From a virus: a DNA stretch of 64,000 nucleotides. The stretch is from positions 12,935-76,934 of IMG/VR virus record IMGVR_UViG_3300045988_108791. One strand, given 5' to 3'. Both the position numbers and the translations under genes were made by a program. This document shows, in pieces, positions 38,528 to 48,152 of the stretch; position 1 is the first letter of the stretch, and each line of letters starts with the position of its first letter. The notes under the pieces are model-generated. The model did no database searches and had not been told where the DNA came from. It worked only from the letters and a program-made list of their open reading frames with translations.

Positions 38528-39948
38528 GCTTTTATCCTATTATAATATTCGATAATCTTTTCTTTCCTATCTCCCGGTTTTACTGCCATATTCTCAGCCA
38601 AGAACCTAAAATACGACACCGGTATGTCCTTGAATCTAATTCCTTCATATTTTCCAAACCACATTATTATACTGTCAAGATCGTCTTCTCTCCTACCATC
38701 TCCATTCACAGATTTAAGAGAAGCTGCCCGGCGAAGGATTTCGTCTTTGGTAATAATATCCCCCATCCTTATATTGGATAGAAGCTGATTGCCGGCAAAC
38801 ATACACCAGCCCTTAGAAGGAAATTGTTCGATCGTTAAATCTTCTATCCGGCCGAAACGCCTCATGTTGTCGCAGCAATCAACTATCAGTGCCTCTTTCT
38901 TGTCAGGATGAATACGAACGCACCTGCCGAGCACCTGGTAATATGTTGAATATGAGAATGTTGGGCGCCCAAACATCACACAATCAAGTTCGGGAAAATC
39001 AAATCCGGTAGCAAGCGTTGAATAATTAAAAACCACCTTCAACTTACCTTCTTTGAAATCGGATATGATTTGTTCTCTTTTCTTTTTGGTTGTTAGCGAT
39101 GTTACGACGCCGGTTATGGCTCCCATCCTGGCATTCATGAACTCTGATATTCTATTACATGATTCGATAGAATCCATGCAAACCAAAATGGCTTTACGCT
39201 CGTTCATAAGCTGAAGAAGACGCTTATAGATAGAGTTGTTTAAGCCATTTCGTACAATACTTTCTTTAATAGATTCGTTGGTGTATTCGGCCCCGGTACT
39301 GTTTAACATCAGAGCCGATTCATCAAAAGACCATCGTTCGTACTTAAGAGGGCACCAAAATCCCTGAGAAGTTAGCTCTTGTATTTGAGTCACATGAACT
39401 ATCTTCTTAAAGAAGTTATGTTCGTCTTTCGTCAGCATATTGAGCTTGCTATAGTTCCCTTCCAGCATGGAGCTGTAGGTCCGGAGGCGGCAGGGCGTGG
39501 CAGTGAAGCCCAGCACCTTCGCCTCTGGGAACTCGTTCATAAACTCCATAAATTCAGAACCTTCTTCAGGAGAATACCCGCTATGCACCTCATCTATCAA
39601 TAACGTGTCTATCCCTATATCTTTCAACCTTGCTACGTCTTTCTTTATGCTTTTAAGTGTAGCATAGGTCATATCCGATAACTCTTTCTTTTTACATGAA
39701 GCAGAATATATAGTAGGCTCAGAACCGAATGATACGGCCTTCGCATAATTCTGCTCCAGAATCTCTTTAGATGGCTGTAATACAAGGATGGGTCTTTTTA
39801 ATTCATGAGCTATCTTGCTGATTATCAAAGATTTACCCGCTGCACACGGCAAGACTTCTATGCCAGGCTTCTTAGATCTTCCTGTAAGAAACTTAAGCCC
39901 GGCATCTACTGCCTCTTTTTGGTAAGGTCTAAGTTCAAAGCCCATCAC
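38524..39948 (-). CDS. SF2 DEAD/DEAH-like DNA helicase with small C-terminal DUF3820-like tail
   Basis: Motif I LPCAAGKSL, Ia ILVLQPSKEIL, II LLIDEVH, III GFTATP, V VVFNYSTLATGFDFPELDCVMF, VI QVLGRCVRIHP. C-terminal MWFGKYEGIRFKDIP..YFRFLA. Confidence 0.8.
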   Translation of the reverse strand: MMGFELRPYQKEAVDAGLKFLTGRSKKPGIEVLPCAAGKSLIISKIAHELKRPILVLQPSKEILEQNYAKAVSFGSEPTIYSASCKKKELSDMTYATLKSIKKDVARLKDIGIDTLLIDEVHSGYSPEEGSEFMEFMNEFPEAKVLGFTATPCRLRTYSSMLEGNYSKLNMLTKDEHNFFKKIVHVTQIQELTSQGFWCPLKYERWSFDESALMLNSTGAEYTNESIKESIVRNGLNNSIYKRLLQLMNERKAILVCMDSIESCNRISEFMNARMGAITGVVTSLTTKKKREQIISDFKEGKLKVVFNYSTLATGFDFPELDCVMFGRPTFSYSTYYQVLGRCVRIHPDKKEALIVDCCDNMRRFGRIEDLTIEQFPSKGWCMFAGNQLLSNIRMGDIITKDEILRRAASLKSVNGDGRREDDLDSIIMWFGKYEGIRFKDIPVSYFRFLAENMAVKPGDRKEKIIEYYNRIKA

Positions 39949-40312
39949 AATCTATTATATTATTTTTTGAAAGTTCTATTATCGCCTCTTTCAACATCTC
40001 CCTTGCTTTATCTTCGTTATCTTCAAGCAAGCATACACTGCACGATATGCCCATACGATCTCCATAAGCCTCGGCATTACCTAATGTGAATGCGCAGCAG
40101 TAATCATAATCCATGTTTTTTGCTACGGTAATAAACTGATTATCTTCTATCAGTACAGCATATTCAGCATTGGTTTCACACATGATAATGGCTTTATCTT
40201 TTTTTATAGACAATACCTTGTTTCTGAAAAGTCCGTTATAAATCCATAGTTCCTTTCCTGCATTTTTATAAAACGCAGCCATATCTTCCTTGATTGTAAC
40301 TTCTTTTTTCAT
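39935..40312 (-). CDS. hypothetical protein (125 aa)
   Basis: ORF. Confidence 0.5.
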   Translation of the reverse strand: MKKEVTIKEDMAAFYKNAGKELWIYNGLFRNKVLSIKKDKAIIMCETNAEYAVLIEDNQFITVAKNMDYDYCCAFTLGNAEAYGDRMGISCSVCLLEDNEDKAREMLKEAIIELSKNNIIDCDGL

Positions 40313-40315
40313 GAC

Positions 40316-40645
40316 TTACTTGTGTTTAACATCAGTAATTAAAACATATCTTTTAACAATATCTTCAAGACTCACAGAAGAACGTATATATAGTTTTTCT
40401 TCGTACTCATATAGAGCGTACCCTTCTTTTATGTCTAATATCTTAATCACATGCTTGCCTCTTTCAAATGGATCCTTAAAGTAGCTCTTATGTTCGTATC
40501 TTTGACCGACTTTGATTTTGTCAGTTTTCTTCTTCATCTTATAACGATCTACTGCTCTACCTGTTTTTATGAAAGCTGTCGTGAGTAAGTATAATAAAAC
40601 TAAATACAAAAGGATCGCTACTCCACATATTAGATCTTCTTTCAT
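40316..40645 (-). CDS. small membrane protein (N-terminal TM helix)
   Basis: The ORF track starts at 40672. Internal ATG 40645 (MKEDLICGVAILLYLVLLYLL...) makes an ATGA overlap with the stop of the unlisted upstream ORF. Confidence 0.5.
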   Translation of the reverse strand: MKEDLICGVAILLYLVLLYLLTTAFIKTGRAVDRYKMKKKTDKIKVGQRYEHKSYFKDPFERGKHVIKILDIKEGYALYEYEEKLYIRSSVSLEDIVKRYVLITDVKHK

Positions 40646-40815
40646 TGGACTCCTTTTAAATAGTTGAACCATATATCCTCCATCTTCTCCTGAAGCTCAA
40701 ACGCTTTCTTGAAATTCTCGCATCGTACAGCAACGTCTCTCATGTATGTCAAGTTTATAACTTCCGGATCTTGCCGGTATTTTGTTCTTAACTTTTGAAC
40801 GTCCTCGTATTTCAT
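40642..40815 (-). CDS. unannotated small protein (57 aa), translationally coupled
   Basis: MKYEDVQKLRTKYRQDPEVINLTYMRDVAVRCENFKKAFELQEKMEDIWFNYLKGVQ. Its ATG overlaps the nuclease stop (ATGA at 40812-40815) and its stop overlaps the ATG of the next gene. Below the ORF track's 60-aa cutoff. Confidence 0.4.
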   Translation of the reverse strand: MKYEDVQKLRTKYRQDPEVINLTYMRDVAVRCENFKKAFELQEKMEDIWFNYLKGVQ

Positions 40816-41831
40816 CGTTTTATCTTTTTAGACGGATCCCAATCCGAAGAGAAAGGGCATTCGTTTTTGTTATGTAATCCAAAGTCACAATAATAACACA
40901 GTGCTGACGGGCAGGGTAGCTTGTTTTGCGAAACAGGCTGGCTTAGGGTGGCACGCCTCTTGCTATACCTGGTTCCTTCTGCTCCCTGGATGTATGCTTG
41001 AAATGCTTTTACACTATTATCTTCAAAATCATACATTTTAGACAAAGTGTCATTTAGCATCTCTATAGATTTTGTTTTACGTTCCTCATCTACCTTAACC
41101 TTTTGGTACTGTCTGGTCCTGGTAAAGAAATAGATGTTCATATCTGGCAGAACTCCGCCATATCTTCTATAGATGTAAAATGAATATATAGGATGCTGTA
41201 AATTTGTTTCCAACTTCTTAGAGTCAAAAACCTTATTACCGGATTTCCAATCTATGACATAATGGTGAACTACGTTCTTGCTTTTTATAGCCAGATGAAG
41301 GTCTACCGATCCTACTATGTACACATGAGTATGAACGGTCCCATTTATATCAACAGGCTTAGGAAGACGGTACGGCAGCACAAAATCTTCTTCGACTCCA
41401 ACTATGGCGCCGTGTCTGATAAGTTTCTCGCAGGGATTAAGATCACTATCAGCTATCATAAACCTATTGCCGTCTTTTTTGAACAGATCCACAATCCAAG
41501 CAAGAAGTTCCCCAGATTGCTTCATGGCCATCATCATATTTTCCGGTGATTGCCAAGGTATGTCCTCCTGGTAAGCATAGTAACTTATCGCTTCTCCAAG
41601 GTCTTTACCAGAAGGCTGTCTTCCGTTCTTAAAAAAGTATTCCAGTGTCTTATGGATAACCGTACCATAAGACGTAGCTTCTTGTTTTTCCGTAGACCTT
41701 TTGCCCTCTACGTAAGTCTTATACCATTTCATTGGACAGGTAAGAAACGTATCTATCTGGGAATAAGATATGGCAAGACGTTTCACACCATTAAACTCCT
41801 TATATAGCAAATGCGTTTCCGGGACCATCAT
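40812..41831 (-). CDS. Cas4/RecB-family PD-(D/E)XK nuclease with 4-Cys cluster
   Basis: N-terminal TCPMKWYK Cys. Catalytic motifs GSVDLHL ... VIDWKSGNK (hhD[YW]K[ST]G). C-terminal CPSALCYYCDFGLHNKNECPF, i.e. the three remaining Cys of a Cas4-type Fe-S cluster. Confidence 0.7.
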   Translation of the reverse strand: MMVPETHLLYKEFNGVKRLAISYSQIDTFLTCPMKWYKTYVEGKRSTEKQEATSYGTVIHKTLEYFFKNGRQPSGKDLGEAISYYAYQEDIPWQSPENMMMAMKQSGELLAWIVDLFKKDGNRFMIADSDLNPCEKLIRHGAIVGVEEDFVLPYRLPKPVDINGTVHTHVYIVGSVDLHLAIKSKNVVHHYVIDWKSGNKVFDSKKLETNLQHPIYSFYIYRRYGGVLPDMNIYFFTRTRQYQKVKVDEERKTKSIEMLNDTLSKMYDFEDNSVKAFQAYIQGAEGTRYSKRRATLSQPVSQNKLPCPSALCYYCDFGLHNKNECPFSSDWDPSKKIKR

Positions 41832-42175
41832 AAGTCATTGTCTTTAAATCCTTCCGGGTAATATACGACATACTTCTTACCGTCTTCTGGTGTCATGGCA
41901 AACTGCATGTAGTTATTACGATTACGATGCTTGCCATCTAATCCTCGCTTCCAATACAGGATGCCGTCTATATCCACATAAGACCGTCCGCGTTCGGCTC
42001 TAACTACGTCCGTGTGTAGCAGATACCCGTCGGAAGACACAATCCATACTTTATCCCCTTTGTTTAAATAAGATATTCTTTTTCTTACAACAACCTTTTT
42101 CTTATTATCCAATACAAATTCCTCATCAGTCATACTCTTCATCCTCCTCTTCTTCTGTTTCAAAATCAATTCCAT
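41828..42175 (-). CDS. hypothetical protein (115 aa)
   Basis: ORF that overlaps the nuclease gene by 4 nt. Confidence 0.55.
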   Translation of the reverse strand: MELILKQKKRRMKSMTDEEFVLDNKKKVVVRKRISYLNKGDKVWIVSSDGYLLHTDVVRAERGRSYVDIDGILYWKRGLDGKHRNRNNYMQFAMTPEDGKKYVVYYPEGFKDNDL

Positions 42176-42708
42176 ATCCCATATTCTATTAAATATATTT
42201 AAAGCTATTCGTATGTTTTAATACATCCCCTCGGAGACCTTTCGGTCTCCTTGGTAGATGTAAATCCCGTTAGGGATAAGTCAGGATTTCTCCTGTAAGT
42301 ACCCATCGCCAATGTTATTTAAGGTTTTGAATAAGCAACACTGTTCCTGAATACCAGAACTGTTTAATCACTTACCTTAGAGCTACAGACTTGGGCAAAC
42401 ATCCGTAGGTAACTATCTATTCTTAAATAACGTAGCCTTTGTTTCAAGGCTTAGGCTAATAACCCGATCTCTTAAAGAGATGTATTAAACTTTTATAATA
42501 GAATTATATTGGTTTAATACTATTTGGGGTTATAACACTGATCATAATGATTGGTCAGTTCTTCTGGTTCTAAATCTTGTCCAAAATCCATGTTAAAAAT
42601 ATCGTAATTAGTAAAGCACTAAAAATCACTATTCCTGCTGGCATGAAATCTATAAATGCTGCTTTTGCTTCTTCAATTAGGCCCAAGTGTAACCTTGGGC
42701 CATTGTAT

Positions 42709-44409
42709 TTATTTTTTGTCATCTCCTTTTAATTTCTTTAAAGTATCTGCAATCGGAAGCTGATCAATGACTCCCAATGCCGGAGCGACGGTCTTGACAA
42801 CATTGTTAAGGAAATTACCGGTACTGTTCTGACCGCCGTCAAATACCGTGATATTTCCGAGATTAATGTGCTCAAATGCTTTAACCTGTTCTCCAGCAAT
42901 TTCTTTCCACTGATTAACCATCTTGTACTGGATGGCGATCTGAGGATTGGATTCTGCTGCTTCCACCATAGCCTTAAATCCGTCGGCTTCTGCCATCAAC
43001 GATTTTTTCTTACCTTCGGCTTCTGCCTCCAGCTTCATCTGAATAGCTTTTGCCTCCGCCTCAGCTTTTGCCAAATGTGCTGCTGCCTCTGCCTCAGCCC
43101 GGCGTTTGATCTTCTCTGCCTCAGCATCAGCTTGCAAGATAGCCTCTTCCTTCTGGGTTTCAGCCGGCACAATCTTTTCAGCCTTAAGCGCAGCCTGAAC
43201 TTTCTTAGCCTTAGCTTCTTCCACTTCTTTATCAGCAAGCTCTTTTGCCGTTTTTACAGCCGCTTCCGATTTAACTTTTTCTTCTCCGGCCTTCTTTTCT
43301 GATTGAGCTTTGATAATCTGTAGTTCTGATACTGACACAGCAACCTCCTTCTGGGCATTGTTGTATCCTATAGACGCATTTTTCTCAGCCTCAGCCTTCT
43401 TAATCTGAGCTTCAGAGTCTTGTATTGCTATAGCTGCTTCCTTGTCAGCTTCAGCCTTATTCTTTCCGACTTCTTCCATCCTTTCAGCCTCGGCTTTATT
43501 TACTTCAAGTTCTGCCTTAGATCTTACAATCGCCGATTCCTTGTCGGTTAAAGTTTTTGCGATAACCGCAGCCCTGTCTCTATCTGCTTGAGCTACGCCG
43601 ATCTGTTTCTCTTTATCGGTTAAAGCCAAGGCTATTTCTTTTTCTTTCTTCGTTTCAGCTACTATCGTTTCCTTTTCTTTTTCAGTACAAGCAATTTGAA
43701 TCTCTTGTTCTTTTTTGGTATTAGCCACAGCCGTTTCTTTCTCCTTCTGCTGTACAGCAATCTTAATAGCACCCAGCTTCTCCTGCTCTTCGATATTAGC
43801 TTGTGCTTCGTTCAGAGCCCTACTTTCAGCCTCCTTACCAAGGTTCATAATATAACCTGCTTCGTCTCTGATGTCACTGATGTTGATGTTCAGGAGGTAA
43901 AGACCTAACTTGTTAAGCTCGTTATCAATGTTCTTTCTTGCCTTATCCAAAAACTCATCCCTGTCAGAATTAAGTTTTTCGATTGTCATTTCAGCAATAA
44001 TCAAACGCATCTGACCGTAAACGATGTCCGTAATAAGATTTTCAGTAGATTCGGTATCCATCCCCAAAAGTCTTTCTGCCGCATTTTGCATGATTTCGGG
44101 ATTTGTACTGATAGCTACTGTAATGGTCGTAGGTACATCTACTCTAATATTCTGAGATGACAAAGCACCGGTAAGCTTGCAATCTATTTGCATAGGCTCC
44201 ATTGACAAAACATCATAGCTTTGAATAATAGGCAAGACGAATGCCGCTCCACCATGATATAATTTCGCCGACTTCTTTTCCCCACCTGTCTTACCGTAAA
44301 CGACCAAGACCTGATTAGGCTTACATCTACGATACCTTGATAAGACTCCGATGATTGTCAAAATAATCACTACAGCTAAGATAGCTGACACGTACATGAT
44401 TGTTGTCAT
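42709..44409 (-). CDS. flotillin-like SPFH/band-7 protein (YqiK-type) with long Glu/Ala/Lys coiled coil
   Basis: N-terminal TM helix, then an SPFH core (NQVLVVYGK...KLYHGGAAFVLPIIQSYDVLSMEPMQIDC...IRVDVPTTITVAIS). After that come ~250 aa of EA/KA-rich coiled coil and a C-terminal flotillin-like tail. Confidence 0.75.
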   Translation of the reverse strand: MTTIMYVSAILAVVIILTIIGVLSRYRRCKPNQVLVVYGKTGGEKKSAKLYHGGAAFVLPIIQSYDVLSMEPMQIDCKLTGALSSQNIRVDVPTTITVAISTNPEIMQNAAERLLGMDTESTENLITDIVYGQMRLIIAEMTIEKLNSDRDEFLDKARKNIDNELNKLGLYLLNINISDIRDEAGYIMNLGKEAESRALNEAQANIEEQEKLGAIKIAVQQKEKETAVANTKKEQEIQIACTEKEKETIVAETKKEKEIALALTDKEKQIGVAQADRDRAAVIAKTLTDKESAIVRSKAELEVNKAEAERMEEVGKNKAEADKEAAIAIQDSEAQIKKAEAEKNASIGYNNAQKEVAVSVSELQIIKAQSEKKAGEEKVKSEAAVKTAKELADKEVEEAKAKKVQAALKAEKIVPAETQKEEAILQADAEAEKIKRRAEAEAAAHLAKAEAEAKAIQMKLEAEAEGKKKSLMAEADGFKAMVEAAESNPQIAIQYKMVNQWKEIAGEQVKAFEHINLGNITVFDGGQNSTGNFLNNVVKTVAPALGVIDQLPIADTLKKLKGDDKK

Positions 44410-44440
44410 AACTTTTAAAATTTAATTGTTGATAAAAAAA

Positions 44441-44935
44441 TTAGATACTTAATTCTCCTTCTTCATATTTTATATTCGCCTTGTCGCCGTTTTTGTAGGT
44501 TTTTCCAGACAAGCATCTTACTCTCATTTGCTCTTGTCTTCCATTTTTCGAAATATTTACCATATAATGATTCTTCCCTGATCTAAATACTATCTCCACT
44601 TCTCTTCCGTTTAAATCTTCCGGACATTCGTACACCATTTCTTGCTTTAACTTAAGAAGTAACTTATATACGTAAAACAAAATGATAAAGAAAAACGACC
44701 CTATCACAACCCCTACTAAATGGGAACCCGAAAAGTACGTGGCCCAGCTATATCCAAGAATAAAATGCGTTATACCCTTGAATGATATGATGTCCGACAA
44801 AGACATGCTTAAATCAGAAGCACTGTCAATGTCAATATCCGTATCCAGATCAGATCCTAATATCGACAACAAAAACTGTATAACAAAAGCAAATGACGCT
44901 ATTAAAGCCATGCATAAAATTATATCACTTCCCAT
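44441..44935 (-). CDS. NfeD-like membrane protein (YqiJ-type partner of flotillin)
   Basis: N-terminal TM helices and an acidic linker. C-terminal beta-rich OB-like segment GREVEIVFRSGKNHYMVNISKNGRQEQMRVRC. It sits directly upstream of the SPFH gene, as in nfeD-flotillin operons. Confidence 0.55.
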   Translation of the reverse strand: MGSDIILCMALIASFAFVIQFLLSILGSDLDTDIDIDSASDLSMSLSDIISFKGITHFILGYSWATYFSGSHLVGVVIGSFFFIILFYVYKLLLKLKQEMVYECPEDLNGREVEIVFRSGKNHYMVNISKNGRQEQMRVRCLSGKTYKNGDKANIKYEEGELSI

Positions 44936-45176
44936 ATCCTTTTGTTATTATTTTGTAAACAAGATCAGTCATATCTTTGATGGATTCTGTATCATAATCA
45001 ATAATAACGATATTGAATTTTTGTTCCACCATCACATCAAGCTCAATTCGATCAATAGAATCTAATCCAAGTTCTTCAAACGACACATCTTCTTCATGAA
45101 CTATATCTATTTCCGAATGAAGAAACTGAGTAATAATTATATCCTCTATTATCTTTCTAATTCTTACTTTTTCCAT
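44925..45176 (-). CDS. acyl-carrier-protein-like small protein
   Basis: 83 aa. FEELGLDSIDRIELDVMVEQKF matches the ACP/PCP phosphopantetheine-attachment motif (F..LG.DSL...EL) with Ser in the DSI triplet. Confidence 0.55.
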   Translation of the reverse strand: MEKVRIRKIIEDIIITQFLHSEIDIVHEEDVSFEELGLDSIDRIELDVMVEQKFNIVIIDYDTESIKDMTDLVYKIITKGYGK

Positions 45177-45877
45177 TGCTTTCTAATTTTGTTAAATAAA
45201 TACGTTTTTATATTTTTCAATCGCTCTTTGTCTGTTTCTGAGCTTCCGGTAAACAAATAATCCGGATTTCCTTTAGCCGGCGGCGTGGGCAATTTAGATA
45301 CAGCAAACAACCAATCCATTTCCTTATTCTTCTTAGGCTCCAAATAAGGCTCGGTAGCGATCTTAAATTTTTCAGCTATTAAGTCAAAGAGTTTTGAGTT
45401 TTTGAGGTTCATATGAACCGAGAAAGCCTGAGAAGGCGGTTTCCATATGAAGTTACATAAACTCATTGTGTAATCTCCTGACTCTGCTATATAAGATTCT
45501 GTTACTTGAAGTATGACCTCTTTCTTAAATGAAGTATTACCCATAAACCAACACAATCTGGATTCCGCTTCTTTTCTGCTGACACCTATGTCTTTTGAAT
45601 ATGATTCGTACATTCCTATCATAATCTTCAACGTCTCCAGAACCTCGTCCGTCATTTCCGGTGTCTCTATATAATTCACAAAAGACGTTCCTTTGTTGGT
45701 TAATCTCATCACGCCTGATTTTAATTTCTCAACCAGACCAAGCTCTATATATCTCCCAGCATCTTCTTCCGGCATGGCTTCGATCATAACCGTGTCCTTC
45801 TGTCTTATGGCAAGAAGATTGGCAAGATCATTAGGCGTCATGTCTGATGCTGCAAGTTGTCTGAAATTGATGTACAT
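45164..45877 (-). CDS. hypothetical protein (237 aa), first gene of NfeD-flotillin operon
   Basis: ORF that overlaps the ACP-like gene by 13 nt. Confidence 0.55.
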   Translation of the reverse strand: MYINFRQLAASDMTPNDLANLLAIRQKDTVMIEAMPEEDAGRYIELGLVEKLKSGVMRLTNKGTSFVNYIETPEMTDEVLETLKIMIGMYESYSKDIGVSRKEAESRLCWFMGNTSFKKEVILQVTESYIAESGDYTMSLCNFIWKPPSQAFSVHMNLKNSKLFDLIAEKFKIATEPYLEPKKNKEMDWLFAVSKLPTPPAKGNPDYLFTGSSETDKERLKNIKTYLFNKIRKQWKK

Positions 45878-45879
45878 GC

Positions 45880-46086
45880 CTAATCAGATTTAATAAAAAT
45901 AACATCCCTATTATCCTCTCTCTCTGCGTGATTACACGGACCTGCAATCACATCCACTGCCCCGCATGTAAAGTAATTAAATATACATCCTTCACATCCT
46001 GCATCTGGTGCCATTGGTTCCACACATTTTAATCTCACAAGTCCGGCATCAAATACTTCTCCTACTTTAAATTCCTTCTTTTCCAT
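45880..46086 (-). CDS. small Cys-rich protein (68 aa)
   Basis: CVEPMAPDAGCEGC...CGAVDVIAGPCNH. Confidence 0.45.
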   Translation of the reverse strand: MEKKEFKVGEVFDAGLVRLKCVEPMAPDAGCEGCIFNYFTCGAVDVIAGPCNHAEREDNRDVIFIKSD

Positions 46087-46101
46087 ATTTCCTCCTTGTT
46101 T

Positions 46102-46704
46102 TTAACTGTTGTACCCTTCTTTGATAATCGAATTTCTACCGGTAGACACCGACTGACGAAGATCATCATGTACAGAATCTACCGTAGAATACTTGTTTCT
46201 GGTTGTAAAAATCACTTCCAACATCTCCTTATAATCACCTAAAGCTACTTCATATCTCGGATCTACTTTGGCTTTTCTTTCAGCTTCGGCATTACTCTTA
46301 GCCAGCTCCCGGTCAAGAAGATCTTCTTTGATTCGGTCAGCAATCATATCAAGCTCTTTTTTGATTACTTCGCCGGCTGCCCGAAGTTGACCTTCTACAT
46401 CACCAAGCTGGTCTTGGACGGTTCCTATTTCTTTCTTTAAACGATCATATTCGTTAATCATACCCATATCACCTGCATAGCCGGAAAAGTCCTTGATTAT
46501 TCTGGTTCCTTCTTTAAGGAGCTCAATGACTCGTCTTTTACGTTCTCTGCTTATTAAAGACGGAAGACGATAATTCATATCCGCCACCGCCTTGTCATGT
46601 ATGGAGTTGATTAAAAACATCTCTCTCTCATCCCCTGCAAACTCCGTAAGAACCAAAAGGAACTTACTTATCAGGTATTCGTTTTCTTCTACTGTTAGTC
46701 TCAT
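46102..46704 (-). CDS. hypothetical coiled-coil protein (200 aa)
   Basis: ORF. Confidence 0.55.
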   Translation of the reverse strand: MRLTVEENEYLISKFLLVLTEFAGDEREMFLINSIHDKAVADMNYRLPSLISRERKRRVIELLKEGTRIIKDFSGYAGDMGMINEYDRLKKEIGTVQDQLGDVEGQLRAAGEVIKKELDMIADRIKEDLLDRELAKSNAEAERKAKVDPRYEVALGDYKEMLEVIFTTRNKYSTVDSVHDDLRQSVSTGRNSIIKEGYNS

Positions 46705-46719
46705 GGTTCTTATTTTTTT

Positions 46720-47853
46720 TTAATACAATGACTGTTCTTCTCTTGTCTCTTGTTCTTGTTTCTGATTGTCCGTAACATCTTCCACAGTATAGAGCTTGGG
46801 CGGCGTCGGCGGCTGGTTGGGATTCACGAACTTCGTCCCTCCCTCCCCGTACATCCATCCATGCCCCGGCAGAATCTCTGGGTGGATTGTGTTAGTAAGC
46901 TCTTCCATGCTAACCTGCCTTACTTTCAGTATATGATGAAACACCAGTCCGGCTGTCCTGAATGATGTTTTGTTTTCAGTTTTAAACCTATCAAGAGTCT
47001 GATACCAATCTTTCCCAAATATCATATACTTATCCAGCCCGTACCGACGAGGATTATGCAAACCTATCATTAACGTACATAACTGACCCAGTGTATCAGA
47101 TTGGTAAAAATCAGAAAGACGAGGAGGCTGCTCTTGTGGACTTTTTATCCTTCCTTCTATCTCTCTGTTGAATTGGGATATGATGAGGAAAAATATGTTT
47201 TTATATACTAATTTAGCCTCATTCATAACCGCCACCAAATCATCTATAGCCGACTTAGGATCTAATCCCATTCTTTTTATTAAAGCAATATGATCGACTT
47301 TAAATATTATAAGACGTTTGTTTTTGTGCTTGTTAGCTATATGATACACAGCCGCCTCAAACTCTTTTACCGTACACGGAGCATCGATGTATATTATATT
47401 ATTTCTGATTTCACCTTGAAGGATTTCAAACATCCTCATCTCTTCTACTGTATTAGAATCTTGCCTTCTTAATATTTCAGGAGCTCGCTTTTTCATATCT
47501 TGGCTCATTCTGCGAAGAAGAAGATCCTGAGGATTCATTTCGAACTCGCAATTGACAAGAAAATAATCTTCTGCTTGCGGGTTGATCATCGGATTCATCA
47601 CATTTTTCAATATCTTTTGGGCCACATACGATTTACCTACAGATGGCCGGGCTCCTATAGCAATAGCATGCTGAGGAAAAATACCTCCAAGCAAAGCCTC
47701 GTCAATATAATCGTATCCGGTTTTAGCGGGGATAAGCTCTCCCCGCCTGTATTTTAAGATATTCTCATACGCCTCTTCCATAACCTGTTTAGAGGTCTTG
47801 AATATCCTTCTTATATCTATCCTATTTGCTATCTCCTCTTGCATTTTTGTCAC
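46720..47853 (-). CDS. DnaB-family replicative helicase (RecA-like C-terminal domain)
   Basis: TGYDYIDEALLGGIFPQHAIAIGARPSVGKSYVAQ matches DnaB motif H1/Walker A (TGF.DLD...GL..G.L.IIAARP.MGKT). Walker B is IIFKVDHIA. The track start is GTG 47853; the first ATG is at 47844. Confidence 0.8.
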   Translation of the reverse strand: MTKMQEEIANRIDIRRIFKTSKQVMEEAYENILKYRRGELIPAKTGYDYIDEALLGGIFPQHAIAIGARPSVGKSYVAQKILKNVMNPMINPQAEDYFLVNCEFEMNPQDLLLRRMSQDMKKRAPEILRRQDSNTVEEMRMFEILQGEIRNNIIYIDAPCTVKEFEAAVYHIANKHKNKRLIIFKVDHIALIKRMGLDPKSAIDDLVAVMNEAKLVYKNIFFLIISQFNREIEGRIKSPQEQPPRLSDFYQSDTLGQLCTLMIGLHNPRRYGLDKYMIFGKDWYQTLDRFKTENKTSFRTAGLVFHHILKVRQVSMEELTNTIHPEILPGHGWMYGEGGTKFVNPNQPPTPPKLYTVEDVTDNQKQEQETREEQSLY

Positions 47854-48100
47854 CTTTTGTATCCGATTTGGACCCCCTATTAGCTTTTACTGATTTATAC
47901 CTAAGACCGTTCTTGGTATGAGAACAATCCTTGCCTTTCCTCCAGCCCTTGCCCTTCTTCTTGTCCGTTTCGTAGTTTTTACGACCAAGCTCCCGGCGTT
48001 TGGCTTTCTGTTCCGGTCTGGCATTTATCTCCTTGTCCTTTTTAGCCTTTTTCTTCCTGGCTTCGGGATGAGTCCTGTAGTACTCTGTTGATCTGCCCAT
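47822..48100 (-). CDS. very basic Lys-rich small protein (92 aa), uncertain
   Basis: The ORF fills the gap between the Zn-ribbon gene and dnaB and overlaps the dnaB start by ~30 nt. Composition is K/R/G-rich. It could be a DNA-binding protein or an artefact of A-rich codons. Confidence 0.3.
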   Translation of the reverse strand: MGRSTEYYRTHPEARKKKAKKDKEINARPEQKAKRRELGRKNYETDKKKGKGWRKGKDCSHTKNGLRYKSVKANRGSKSDTKGDKNARGDSK

Positions 48101-48152
48101 GTGCTTATATTTTTTTTGATTAATAATAGCACAAAGATAGGCAATTCGCGCC

